In this document: positions 20,415-30,698 of the stretch, in pieces
How positions within the stretch are numbered: position 1 is the first letter of the stretch
Layout: the number at the start of each line of letters is the position of its first letter
Origin: a bacterium
GTDB lineage: Bacteria; SAR324; NAC60-12
DNA: 64,000 bases
Reading direction: 5' to 3'
Assembly: GCA_965205865.1 (NCBI GenBank)
Contig: CBDBHR010000030.1
Location: 640,001-704,000 of the forward strand
Position numbers and translations under genes: made by a program
Notes under the pieces: model-generated
Databases searched by the model: none
The model's input: only the letters and a program-made list of their open reading frames with translations
What the model was told of the DNA's origin: nothing

Positions 20415-22208
20415 CTAATGACCCATTGCTTCCTTCAGCTCACTATCAATCCAGAGACGGGCCGCGATTAATTGACGGTCCACCGATCCCAGTTCGTATT
20501 CACCGTTATAACCTATGACCCACGGCTGGAGCACGTTCATCGTTGGAACTCTAGAACCCCATATATACCAGTGCTTTTCTGTCATGTACATATCTATCGG
20601 TTTAATCAGCCTCTTCCGCTCCTCAATGGTGGTAGCGGCTTGGGCATCTGCAACCATGGCGTCATAAACCGGGTCCCGGACGTTGGCGGTGTTGTAAGTA
20701 GAGTCCGACGTGTTTTGCATTATAAGCCCCATAGCCCCGGTATCCGAACCCGAAGAAGTAGTGATCATATCATAATCACCTTCATCAACCCTTGCCCTGA
20801 GAACAGAAGTCTCAGTCTCCCTAACCTCTACATGAACGCCAATCGCAGCCCAGTAGGAGGCAGCTAATTCGCTATTCTGTACATAGGTTTTAAAAATCGG
20901 GAGGCTCACTTCCAAGACGGTCTTGAATCTAATGCCGTCGGAGCCGCGCGGATATCCAGCCTCATCAAGCAACGCTTCTGCCCCTGCCGGGTCATAGGTA
21001 TAGTATCCCTTGACCTCTTCAGGCCAGTCTGCAAATGGGGTGAAATACCCGGCCGTACCTGCCCCTACCCTCCCCTGGGGTGTCGTATCTGCATAACCCT
21101 TCCAGTACGCAGCGTTAATTGTGTCAAGGTCCAGTGCCATCTGCATTGCGTGGCGTACCCTGACGTCGTCAAAGGGCGGCCTCCTCGTGTTAACAGTCCA
21201 AGACGACATCGACCGAAATGAAAACGGCTCCATCACCAGTTCGGGGTTGGTCTTCCTAAGGCTGTCTACCTGGTCCATAGACTTTAGTTGACTCCAGCCG
21301 AGAAATGCAGCCAGTCCATCAATCTTTCCCGAGCGTAATGCCGCCATACGTGTTGCTACGTCTGGCATAACCAGCATCTCTAACCCGTCAAGATAGGGCA
21401 AGCGATTCTCCGGGTATTTTTCGTCGTAGCCCCAGTAGTCCGGATTCTTCTTCCAAGTGAGAGAGCTGCCCTCGACCCAGTCAGTCAGCTCAAAGGGCCC
21501 GGTGCCGACCACATTACGCCAATCGGAAAGGTCGCCGTGTTCCTTGATTACCTCGGGGGGGTATATAAAAGTCATGAAGCTATATAAAATTTGCTTTAGC
21601 GCGTTGGGGTCTGCCTTCGTCAGCCTAAAAACAACCGTCCGATCGTCGGTGGCCGTTACCGATTCCCATGGCAGTATAATCATCGGGTGCGTGGCGTACT
21701 TGGGATTCGGTTCGGTGTAGCCACTGCCCAGACCCAAATAACGGTGCAAGTTATATTCGATATCCTTGGCAGTTAGCTCCCGACTGTTCATCGGCGCCTT
21801 GTTATGCCAGCGCACGCCTTCGCGGATATGCAAGACGATAGTTAGTGGGTCGGGTGTTTCCCAGCTTTCAGCCAGGTGCCCTCGCCAGACAAAGTCAGGC
21901 ATGTACGTTGTTCTATAGTTAAACACGTCCCTATCTAGTGCCCAGTCCGCGATGGCTAGCGTCTCTACAACCACACCGAGGGCTTCTGCCGCATCGTGAT
22001 GGATATAGACGTCAGGACTTGGAGGGTTATAAGGCTGCGAATAGGTGAGTATCCCGCCATACTCTGGCGCAGTCACCTCCTTGCCGGTGGCGGGGTCCGT
22101 CACATACTTCTTCTGGGCGGCAGCCGGACCGGCAAGGAAAACTGCCACCATCAGGGTGAGGGTGAGCAGGGTTGCACTGAAGGTTGATTTGCTTTTTTGA
22201 TTTTCCAT
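20415..22208 (-). CDS. ABC substrate-binding protein family 5, copy 3
   Basis: MENQKSKSTFSATLL signal like copy 1; family-5 motifs. Confidence 0.92.
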   Translation of the reverse strand: MENQKSKSTFSATLLTLTLMVAVFLAGPAAAQKKYVTDPATGKEVTAPEYGGILTYSQPYNPPSPDVYIHHDAAEALGVVVETLAIADWALDRDVFNYRTTYMPDFVWRGHLAESWETPDPLTIVLHIREGVRWHNKAPMNSRELTAKDIEYNLHRYLGLGSGYTEPNPKYATHPMIILPWESVTATDDRTVVFRLTKADPNALKQILYSFMTFIYPPEVIKEHGDLSDWRNVVGTGPFELTDWVEGSSLTWKKNPDYWGYDEKYPENRLPYLDGLEMLVMPDVATRMAALRSGKIDGLAAFLGWSQLKSMDQVDSLRKTNPELVMEPFSFRSMSSWTVNTRRPPFDDVRVRHAMQMALDLDTINAAYWKGYADTTPQGRVGAGTAGYFTPFADWPEEVKGYYTYDPAGAEALLDEAGYPRGSDGIRFKTVLEVSLPIFKTYVQNSELAASYWAAIGVHVEVRETETSVLRARVDEGDYDMITTSSGSDTGAMGLIMQNTSDSTYNTANVRDPVYDAMVADAQAATTIEERKRLIKPIDMYMTEKHWYIWGSRVPTMNVLQPWVIGYNGEYELGSVDRQLIAARLWIDSELKEAMGH

Positions 22209-22587
22209 CTTATTCCTTTCGATTGCATGTTCAAAATTAAGGATTGATTGAAAACCTGCTTTCGCTCCCGAAAGCACGTTCTCGACGTTTTCTCTACTTT
22301 TTTGACGGTTCATGGTGCTCCTTTCTGCTTTTTGATTAAAAACAAGATTGTGGGTTGCTTTAAAACCTGCTTTCGTTCTCGACGTTTTCTCTACACATTG
22401 GGTCTCCTTCATTTTGGAGTGATCAAAAAACCGATTCATTGGCTCCAGGATGGGGCAATGAACCAGAAACCGACGCACTCAGGCACCGATGATTTTCCAA
22501 ATTCCCCATTGCCGTTCCGTTCCTGGAACGGGGAACGAGGGATCTTAAGGATCTCTCCCTGATGTCGAGATAATACAAGGGAGTAGA

Positions 22588-22704
22588 ACTTGGGATTGGG
22601 GACTTGAGACTTGTTGCTTGAGACTTGTTGCTTGAAACTTATTACTGGGAACTGGGAACTGGGAACTGGGAACTGGGAACTGGGAACTGGGAACTGGGAA
22701 CTGG
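22588..22704. repeat. Heptamer tandem array: 8 perfect ACTGGGA units plus ~8 degenerate units
   Basis: (ACTGGGA)x8 at 22644-22699, preceded in register by acttggg attgggg acttgag acttgtt gcttgag acttgtt gcttgaa acttatt. Confidence 0.92.
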
Positions 22705-22709
22705 TTTTA

Positions 22710-22739
22710 AGTATACTCTCATAGCCACCTCATTGTCAA
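22710..22739 (-). promoter_or_regulatory. Putative sigma70 promoter of ABC cassette 3
   Basis: TTGACA-N18-TATACT on the minus strand, immediately upstream of the heptamer array. Confidence 0.55.
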
Positions 22740-22994
22740 TATTTTTACTTGAAACAGGTTAATTTCAGACTTTCATGCCATCCTGACGGTCCGCCGATGT
22801 GGCAAATCGAAGGATCGCCTTATTGCTTTTCTGTCCTATCTCAGGGCATAAAGTTAATAAATTTCTTGCCAATCTCTAACGGTATTTTAACGAAATGCAG
22901 TGAAAATCTTGCTCAAATGTAACAAAATCTGACAGCTTTCAGTGACAGAATAAAGGGATTAAAATGGTAAGTCAAGCATTTCTCAAAAAAAAAG

Positions 22995-23227
22995 GTAACT
23001 ATTCGGGTCTCTGAAAAAACCGTTTAGTTAAAATCGTTTAAAAAAGATTCCCGGGGAGGATCGATCGTTTTCACGTCCTTCCACGATATTGTTCAATCGA
23101 TCGGGAACCCTCTCATTCACCAAAACAACTTAATAATGGCATGATTATAGCACAAAACAACGCAATTTCAACCCCCTGATATAAAATAAATGCGGGATTC
23201 GCAAAAAAAATAAAAAAACGATAAATC
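22995..23227 (-). repeat. IS66 end plus one promoter/repeat module
   Basis: GTAACTATTCGGGTCTCT end; collinear with 8078-8310; TTGAAA-N16-TATAAT at 23144-23171. Confidence 0.8.
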
Positions 23228-23347
23228 AAGGAGATCCGCTCCTTTATGATATGGATAAAGCAAAAAGAGTAATTGGGGAACAAATACGGAAGATTAAAAA
23301 ATTTCCTTTAGGAATGAAATTTAAATAAGTTAGAAGTATGGATACGC

Positions 23348-23420
23348 AAAATTAGGGGACACGTAACAGCAGGTATAAAACAGTAGAGTTGGGATGCCGC
23401 TGTACATGTCCCCCAATTTT
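23348..23420. repeat. 73-bp inverted-repeat element (REP doublet or MITE-like)
   Basis: AAAATTAGGGGACACGTA / AAAATTGGGGGACATGTA (16/18). Confidence 0.65.
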
Positions 23421-23523
23421 GCTCACACCATTGGAATAATTACAGGTTATTTAAGGTTTGTTCCCTAGAATGTTGAAAAGTTCGTGTCTCTGATTAGGAA
23501 TTAGGGAGACTTTTGCAAACTTT

Positions 23524-24369
23524 TCAGGAGAGATTGAGTTGTGATTGGAGTTCTTGAAGGAGGGTCTGTAACTCTTCTTCATTTTTTCGATTTAACTCTT
23601 TTTCAGGAGTCACTTCTTGTTTGAGAAGTTTTTGGGCCATCTGGATTTGACCGATAACTTTCCCTTTTTCCAGTCCTTTTTCCAGTCCTTCTTGTAATCC
23701 CTCTTCCAAACCTTGTGATTTTCCGATTTGTATCAATTCTTTTCCGGCGACTGTTTCGTCTAATGGTGTCAGTTTGAGCATCGTTTGTATCTCCTCTCTT
23801 GTCAGTTTAGAAAACTTCTCCAAAATAGCATAGGTTAACAATTCTATCAAATGTCTCTTTTCGAATTCTGAAGAATCCAACGTCTCCAGCGTGTCTTTCC
23901 ATTGAGGTATTTTTTCTTCCAATTCTGCTCGACTCTCCAAAACCAAAGGTTCCAAAACCATCAGGGACTTGTGAAGATGTCCTGCTTTTTTAAGACAGTC
24001 GGCTAAATGGACTTGGATCAATTTATTCGGAGACCGGCAGGAAAACGGAAGATCGTTGGGATCATATTTTTCATCCACATACAGCACAATGGCGATGAAG
24101 GGTTTATCATCCTCATTTTGAAGATAATAAGTCGTCAATTCTTGAAAGAGACGCCACAGAATTTTTTTATCGCCGTAGCCTTGGACCTCGAAAAAGAGAT
24201 TGGGGCCTTCTCCATCAGTGCGCCTGAAAAACCCATCGAGTCGTCTTTCCACTCTTTTGAGAGTGATGCTCTCAAAGACATACGAACCCTGTAAATTCAA
24301 TTGAAGCAATTTGATCAGAGCATCGGGTGCTAATTTAAAAAATTCATAAAACAGTTCATCCGTTCTCAA
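23524..24369 (-). CDS. Rpn-family PD-(D/E)XK nuclease (DUF2887-like)
   Basis: TTG start after GGAG; RTDELFYEFF, FESITLK, RRLDGFF, FFEVQ; C-terminal GLEE/GLQE/GLEK repeats. Confidence 0.8.
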   Translation of the reverse strand: MRTDELFYEFFKLAPDALIKLLQLNLQGSYVFESITLKRVERRLDGFFRRTDGEGPNLFFEVQGYGDKKILWRLFQELTTYYLQNEDDKPFIAIVLYVDEKYDPNDLPFSCRSPNKLIQVHLADCLKKAGHLHKSLMVLEPLVLESRAELEEKIPQWKDTLETLDSSEFEKRHLIELLTYAILEKFSKLTREEIQTMLKLTPLDETVAGKELIQIGKSQGLEEGLQEGLEKGLEKGKVIGQIQMAQKLLKQEVTPEKELNRKNEEELQTLLQELQSQLNLS

Positions 24370-24593
24370 AAGATGTCTCCGTTTGGTAAGGTTTGAGAGG
24401 AATGGCTTCCCCTGTCTTATCAATCTGTTGAAATAATCTCAATTCATTTGATTTCATCAGTCTTGTCTGTTCGTAAACATTCACAAGCATCCATCCTATT
24501 CTCTCCCCATTGAGAATCATTTTATATTGTTTGCTTTGCAGTCAATGTGTGATCGTTTATTGTGATTCGACTGATAACAACTCAAGAAAAAAG

Positions 24594-24718
24594 TGCCAAC
24601 CAGGCGGTTCACTGGACGCCCACCCCCGCGATTTTCACCAAGTTTTGTGGCAGACTGTCAGTTCGTCTCTATTACATTGGTCATTATCGGGTGGGTGCAA
24701 GTGACCTTGACGTTAGCA
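24594..24718 (+). other. Integron attC site 2
   Basis: TGCCAAC...GTTAGCA complementary cores, L boxes GGTTCAC/GTGACC, 125 bp, close paralog of attC1. Confidence 0.8.
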
Positions 24719-24951
24719 CCGCAGAAAAACTCCGATTGAATAGATAAGTTTTCTAAAGTGGTGATGTGTCTGCATATCGGAACTATTCGATCAAAGTTGA
24801 CGATTTCCCAATTCGGACATGGACTCGTCCAGGCAAATCGGGAAAATGAGCTTGAGACAACGGGAAAACAAATAAGGCTCGCTGTTGCCCAAACGCTTTG
24901 ATATACTGATTGAAAACAAGTGCATACTTGTTCTCTTCTTTGAGAAGTATC

Positions 24952-25803
24952 ATGCTGAAACATCTCATTTCTCCGACGGTCGATTGTGTCTTTAAGTCGA
25001 TTTTGGGGGCCGTGGAAAATAAAAATTTACTGATTGATTTCCTCAACGGTGTCCCGACCCCACAGTCTCCCATTTCTGAAGTTGAAATCCTCAACCCCTA
25101 CAATGAACGCGAGTTTTATTCGGACAAGCTGACGATTGTCGATGTCAAAGCCAGAGATGAAAATGAGACGACCTACCAAATAGAAATTCAATTATCTGTT
25201 TTTTCCTATTTACCGGAACGGATGCTCTATACCTGGAGCGACATTTATCAATCCCAGATACAAAGCGGAGAGCAATTCTCAGAATTACGTCCGGTTATTT
25301 CTATTTGGATGTTGACTGAAAATTTGTTTCCCCAAAGCCCTGTCTGTCACCATCACTTCCAAATCGTGGATCAAGAAAATCAAATAAGATTGTCGGACCA
25401 GTGCTCCATCCATCTTTTGGAATTGGGCAAATGGCAGTATTCCGAAGCATTGAACCCTGAAGGTCAATGGCTTTATTTTTTTAAAGAAGCCGAGAACTGG
25501 AGGGAATTACCCGAAATCATTAACACCCCTGAAATGAGGCAAGCTATGGCAGTTTTAGAGAGGTTTTCTGAAAAAGAAGCCGATTATCACTTATACCAAG
25601 CCCGTCAAAATGCCATCCGTGAGGAGAAAACAAGGCAAAAGCTTTTGGAAGATGCCTTGCTCAGGGAGGAAGAGGCTCTGCGAGATAAGAAAGAGGCTCT
25701 GCGAGATAAGGAAGAAGCGGTTCGAGACAAAGAAGATGTACAAAACGATCGGAATCGTTTACGAGAGTTACTCAAAAAAGCAGGGATTGATCCAGATGAA
25801 TAA
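24952..25803 (+). CDS. Rpn-family PD-(D/E)XK nuclease/putative transposase
   Basis: ISPTVDCVFKSILG, LIDFLN, KLTIVDVKARD..YQIEIQ, ERMLYTW, IHLLEL; C-terminal 21-bp heptad repeats (EEALRDK) at 25669-25731. Confidence 0.88.
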   Translation: MLKHLISPTVDCVFKSILGAVENKNLLIDFLNGVPTPQSPISEVEILNPYNEREFYSDKLTIVDVKARDENETTYQIEIQLSVFSYLPERMLYTWSDIYQSQIQSGEQFSELRPVISIWMLTENLFPQSPVCHHHFQIVDQENQIRLSDQCSIHLLELGKWQYSEALNPEGQWLYFFKEAENWRELPEIINTPEMRQAMAVLERFSEKEADYHLYQARQNAIREEKTRQKLLEDALLREEEALRDKKEALRDKEEAVRDKEDVQNDRNRLRELLKKAGIDPDE

Positions 25804-25859
25804 GCTCTTTTTCCTCAATTTCTCATGACAGCCTCTCGTGTAACAATTCAAGAAAAAAG

Positions 25860-25986
25860 TGCCAACAAGTGAATTGATTTGACCAAAGGGGGCGCGTTTC
25901 AATTCCCAGTTTATCGGTGTTTAAGACATTTTACCTCCGGCAAGACTCTTGAGTTCTCCCTCTGGCAACTCATTCAGACGTTTTGC
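25860..25986 (+). other. Integron attC site 3 (divergent sequence)
   Basis: TGCCAAC; GAATTGA/TCATTC with one extra base; TTG(A)CCAAAGGGGG / CTCCCTCTGGCAA; R' GTTTTGC; 127 bp. Confidence 0.65.
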
Positions 25987-26067
25987 TTTATGAATCACGC
26001 TTTCTTCCTCAAAATATAAAAAATCAATTCATTCCAGAGAAAAAGCTCTACAAGTGGGTATTTTTAT

Positions 26068-26688
26068 GTGGATAAGACGCGCTATATTGAACAATTGGAA
26101 AACGAACCGGCGCCCTTCATTTTCTTTCTGCGTCCCCGGCGTTTTGGCAAGACGTTGTTTGTGTCCATGCTCCGCTATTACTATGGCCTGGAGCACCAAG
26201 AACAGTTTGATTCCTTTTTTGGGAAGTACTATATTGGAGCCTACCCCACTCCACGTGCTCATAGTTATCATGTCCTCAAATTCGATTTCAGCCGCATCGG
26301 GACCAGTACTCCGGAAACGACCCAAAGCGGTTTTCAGCAAAATGTACTGATAGGAGTCAAAAATTTTGAAAAGCGCTATGATGGGATAAGTCAAGATTAC
26401 ACAGGTTATGAGAATCCGTCTGATGCGCTTAAAGAATTCTTTGTGACTCATCGAGAGAAAAAGATTTACTTGCTGATTGATGAGTACGATCATTTTGCCT
26501 ATGAAATCTCAAGTTTTCATTTTGAGCATTTCAGCGAAAGCGCTCAATTGGAAACCACCGTCCAAGCAGCCACGGTTCAGTTACAGGGCTATTTACAAAG
26601 TGAGGCTTTGCAACGGTTGGACAACCTGAAAGCCTATGCGATTGTCTTTGTCGGCCCTGAGGTGAGAGCGGTCGAAGCCGTTGCTTGA
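26068..26688 (+). pseudogene. AAA-ATPase-like protein, internally deleted
   Basis: YVDKTRYI, FLRPRRFGKT (Walker A), LLIDEYD (Walker B), then an abrupt jump to the C-terminal QLQGY...AIVFVG tail. Confidence 0.8.
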
Positions 26689-26728
26689 GGATATTCCCCA
26701 TTCATAAAAATTATTTCAAATTGCGCGT

Positions 26729-27819
26729 TTACCGGTCGAAAGGGTTGATCAGTCTGGCCAGGAGGCCTCGTTTGCGTTTCCCCGTGGTGCCGTAACGGCC
26801 CTCACCGCCCCGCAGCCTGGGGTCGAGCAGGTCCCTGAGGGCGTCACCGAACATGTTGAGGGAATAGACGGTAATCGTCAGGAATAGCCCCGGCCAGAGC
26901 GCCAGCCAGGGCGCTTGCTCCATGTACCGGCGTCCTTCCCGGCTGAGCAGTCCCCCCCAACTGGGAATCTCGATGGGCAGCCCGAATCCGAGAAAGCTCA
27001 GCGACGCCTCGGCAATGATGACGCCTCCGATGTTGATGCTGAAGATGATGATGATCGGTGCCATAATATTGGGCAGGACATGGCGGATCAGGATTAGGCT
27101 GGTCGGAGTGCCCACAGTTTTGGCTGCCAGAAAATAATCATTCTCTTTGACACCGATCACGGCGCTTCTAACGGTTCTGGAACCCCCGATGCCTCCGGAT
27201 ACGCCCAGAACCACAATGATCTGGAGGAGACCCTGGCCCACGATGGACATGACAGTTATACTCTAAACGGGTTTAAATTTCACTTTTCAAAAGAACTGTC
27301 ATTCCGAGCTAAGGGGGCTGCCTAAGCAAGAATCTCATGGGAATCAAGAAGATTCTTCGGTTCCCTCAGGATGACAAAAAATGAAGAAATCATCCGTTCA
27401 CAGTATAACAAGAGCAGCAGTCCCGGGAAAGCCATCCAGGCATCGACAAAGCGCTGCACCACCAGGTCCGCTTTGCCTCCAAGAAAGCCGAAAGTGCCAC
27501 CAATCAGGACCGCGACGATCACATTGAGCGCCGTCGCGGCCAGACCGACGGTTAAAGAAATGCGCGCCCCGACGATCAGGCGGCTCAGGAGGTCTCGCCC
27601 CAAATGGTCGGTCCCCAGGAGATACTGGGTGGAGGAGCTTGTCAGCCGGTCTGGAAGGTGTCGTTTTCTATAGTCATGGGGTGCCAACACATCGGCAAAG
27701 ATCGCCACCACAATTAAGAGAAAGATGATCATCCCGCAGGCCGTCCCCAGGGGCTTCTCCCGCCACAGCCTGATGAAGAAATCCACAAACCGGCCTCGTC
27801 GCTTGGGCTCACTACTCAT
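26729..27819 (-). pseudogene. DppC-like permease interrupted by a MITE
   Basis: Removing 27259-27405 plus one TA restores ...PGLLLL-L-TVMSIVGQG in frame. Confidence 0.9.
27259..27405. mobile_element. 147-bp MITE with TA target duplication and internal REP-like doublet
   Basis: TIR TACTCTAAACGG / TACTGTGAACGG (10/12); TA at 27257-27258 and 27406-27407; internal tgtcattccgag...ctcaggatgaca. Confidence 0.85.
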
Positions 27820-28204
27820 ACCGCACCCTCGGGTCTAAGAAGGCATAAATCAGGTCGATGAGGAGATTGATCACCATCACAGCGGTGCCGAAAAACAGGT
27901 TGATTCCGGAGACCACCGGGTAGTCTCTATCCGTGAGGGCATCCAGCAGGAGACGACCGAGTCCCGGCAGGTTGAAGATGTTCTCGATAATAACGGCGCC
28001 ACCCACCAGGATAGGCAACTGCAGACCGCAGAGAGGCTGGACGGCCGCAGCGCGGCCAATAAGCCCGGCTGAACGCGTCACCACCGGGGTGAAGGCATTC
28101 TTGACCGCGTGTCTCACGACAACCACCCGCTCCTTGAGCCCTTTGGACCAGGCGGTGCGGATGTAGTCCTGCCTCAGCACCTCCGACATCATGGTGCGCA
28201 TCAT
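27812..28204 (-). pseudogene. DppB-like permease, 3' fragment
   Basis: Begins at MRTMMSEVLRQDYIRTAWSKG; upstream DNA is unrelated and AT-rich. Confidence 0.85.
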
Positions 28205-28365
28205 TTCCCCCCATTTATTCTCTAACAACTCCAATCATTTCTAATACGTTCTATCCAATTCTTGATTTGGAACATTTTCTGAGATATTTTAATTTCTGCA
28301 ACTGTTTGTTGCAGAAACTCCTGTTTTAGTAATCATAAAGAAGCGCAAAGTGAGAAACCACCAGC

Positions 28366-29382
28366 ATGGCAGATCAATCTCAAGACAAACTGCACAACCA
28401 ACATGACAAATTATTCAAGACGGTTTTTTCTGACCCAAATGAAGCAGCCAGTTTTTTTAAGAGTTATTTGCCTACATCTTTAGTGGATCAAATCGACTGG
28501 ACCTCTCTACAACTAACGAAAAGAATATGTGGATGAAGCCTTTCAGGCTACCGAGTCGGACTTGCTTTATCAAGCTCAACTGCCTGGTACCAACCAGGGT
28601 GTCATGATCTACTTACTCTTTGAGCATCAATCTGAACCCAGTCAATGGATTCGATTCCGATTACTGAAATGAACCCAGTCAATGGATTCGATTCCGATTA
28701 TTGCTGTCGGATTTGGGATGATTCGTTCAAGACTTTTCCTGATCAACAAAGGCTCAAGCCTATCCTTCCCATTGTGTTTTATCAGGGGGAGCGGACTTGG
28801 AATTATTCCACAGAATTCCAGGAATTAATTGAGATAAGCGGGTTGGATCGGGAGTATCTCCCCCGCTTTACTCATTTTCTGGTCGATCAATCCGGGTTTG
28901 GACTGGAATCGTTCCAAGGGGAGGTCAAAGCAAGAATTGCGCAACTCTTGCTATCTCAAGCGTTTCATGGTCAAATACAAAAAGGATTAGAAATGCTGAT
29001 CCACCTGTTGGATGAAGTGGAGAAAACCGGAGGGATGGATTATATTCAAGTCTTTCTCCGGTATTTTTGGCACATTCAAGAGGAGGTGTCCCCTGAAACA
29101 TTAGCGCAGGCTATTCAAGAACACTCAGAATCCCAACATTTAGGAGAACAAGCCATGTCAGTTGCAGAGCAGTTGATTGCTCAAGGCGAAAAAAAAGGAA
29201 TCCAAAAAGGAATCCAAAAAGGAATTCAGAAGGGGTTGGATAAAGGCGAGTTGGTTGGCGAAATTCGATTTGCCCAAAAAATGTTAAAACAATCCCCATC
29301 TCCAAAAGAAGAACTCTTTAAGAAAACAGCTAAGGAGTTAAAAACCCTACTTGACCAATTGGAAAAGCAATTCACTGTGTGA
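28366..29382 (+). pseudogene. Rpn/YhgA-like (Transposase_31) nuclease, frameshifted; C-terminal small ORF 29155-29382 intact
   Basis: HNQHDKLFKTVFS, ESDLLY, IYLLFEHQS, ILPIVFYQG; frameshift near 28520 and a 31-nt duplication (28633-28663 / 28670-28700). Confidence 0.85.
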
Positions 29383-29547
29383 TCTCCTCACTGACATTCA
29401 ACTGACCAAATACTGACCGAGCTTTGTCTCCCGAGTACCTATTGAGTACCCCATAAGCGGCTTGACTCAATGATCACTTCCAATGATGCGGATCTATTCT
29501 GGAAGCTGCTCCCCGTTTTCACGAGGACAATTTTGTCCGCATACCAT

Positions 29548-29715
29548 TTGAAAGGGTTGAGCAGCCGGGCCAGGAGGCCTCGTTTGCATTTCTTTGCGGC
29601 GCCGTAATTGCCCTGACCGCCCTGCATCCTGGGGTCGAACAGATCCCTGAGGGCGTCACCGAACATATTGAGGGAATAGACGATAATCGTCAGGCACTGC
29701 CCCGCCAGAACGCCT
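29548..29715 (-). pseudogene. DppC-like permease, 3' remnant
   Basis: CLTIIVYSLNMFGDALRDLFDPR...LLARLLNPF directly follows the dppB stop; most of the gene is deleted. Confidence 0.8.
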
Positions 29716-29719
29716 GTGA

Positions 29720-30676
29720 CTATTCATACCGCACTCTCGGGTCCAAATAGGGATAAATCAGGTCGATGAGGAGATTGAGCAGCACCACGCCGGTGGCGAA
29801 AAAGAGGTTGACTCCGGAGACCATCGGATAGTCTCGCTCATTGAGGGCATTCACCAAGAGACGCCCGATCCCCGGCAGGTTGAAGATGTTCTCCATGATC
29901 ACCGCGCCCCCGACCAGGATCGGCAACTGCAGGCCGATCAGGGTCACCACCGGGATGAGGGCATTCTTGATGGTGTGCCGGATAATCACGACCCGCTCCC
30001 TGAGCCCCTTGGACCAGGCGGTGCGGATATAGTCCTGCCTCAGCACCTCCAACATCATAGTGCGGGTCATCCACATGGTCGCAGCCGCCGAGGCCGTTCC
30101 CAGAATCAGGCTGGGGATGAGGAACACCCCGAGGTTCCCCAGCGGGTCTTCGGTGAAAGACACCAGTTCCAGCGGCGGCGCCCAGCCCCACCAGATGGCC
30201 GGGTAGATCATCACCATCACGCCCAGCCAGAAGTTGGGCGTGGCCAGGCCGATGATGGCGACCGAGCGGCCCAGGTAGTCAGCGGCCGTATCCTGGCGAA
30301 TCGCCGAATAGATTCCCACGGGCAACGCAATCACGAGCCCGATGAGGATTGCCATCAAACCCAGCTCAAGGGTGACCGGCAGTCTCTCTATTATCCTCTC
30401 CTTCACCGCCCCACGGCCCATCAGTGATTCACCAAGGCTGCCGCGCAGGAGAATACCTCCCATCCAGCGGCCATACTGCACCCAGACCGGCACGTCTAAT
30501 CCCAGCCGACGCTCCAGCGCTTCCCGGTCAATCGAGCCCACTACTTGATCCATCGCAACCGACATTACGTCTACTACATCGCCCGGGATGAAGCGCACCG
30601 AAAGAAAGACCAGGATGCTCAAGATAAACAGCGTGGGGAGGATCAGCAATAACCGTCTGATAATATATACTTTCAC
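29720..30676 (-). CDS. Dpp/Opp ABC permease (DppB-like)
   Basis: GTG start (VKVYIIRRLL); full length. Confidence 0.92.
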   Translation of the reverse strand: MKVYIIRRLLLILPTLFILSILVFLSVRFIPGDVVDVMSVAMDQVVGSIDREALERRLGLDVPVWVQYGRWMGGILLRGSLGESLMGRGAVKERIIERLPVTLELGLMAILIGLVIALPVGIYSAIRQDTAADYLGRSVAIIGLATPNFWLGVMVMIYPAIWWGWAPPLELVSFTEDPLGNLGVFLIPSLILGTASAAATMWMTRTMMLEVLRQDYIRTAWSKGLRERVVIIRHTIKNALIPVVTLIGLQLPILVGGAVIMENIFNLPGIGRLLVNALNERDYPMVSGVNLFFATGVVLLNLLIDLIYPYLDPRVRYE

Positions 30677-30698
30677 GGGGACACCATACAATGAGTGA

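Noticed and set aside
28222-28325. Minus-strand VAEIKISQKMFQ resembling the Rpn tail
   Set aside because: Too short and weak to support
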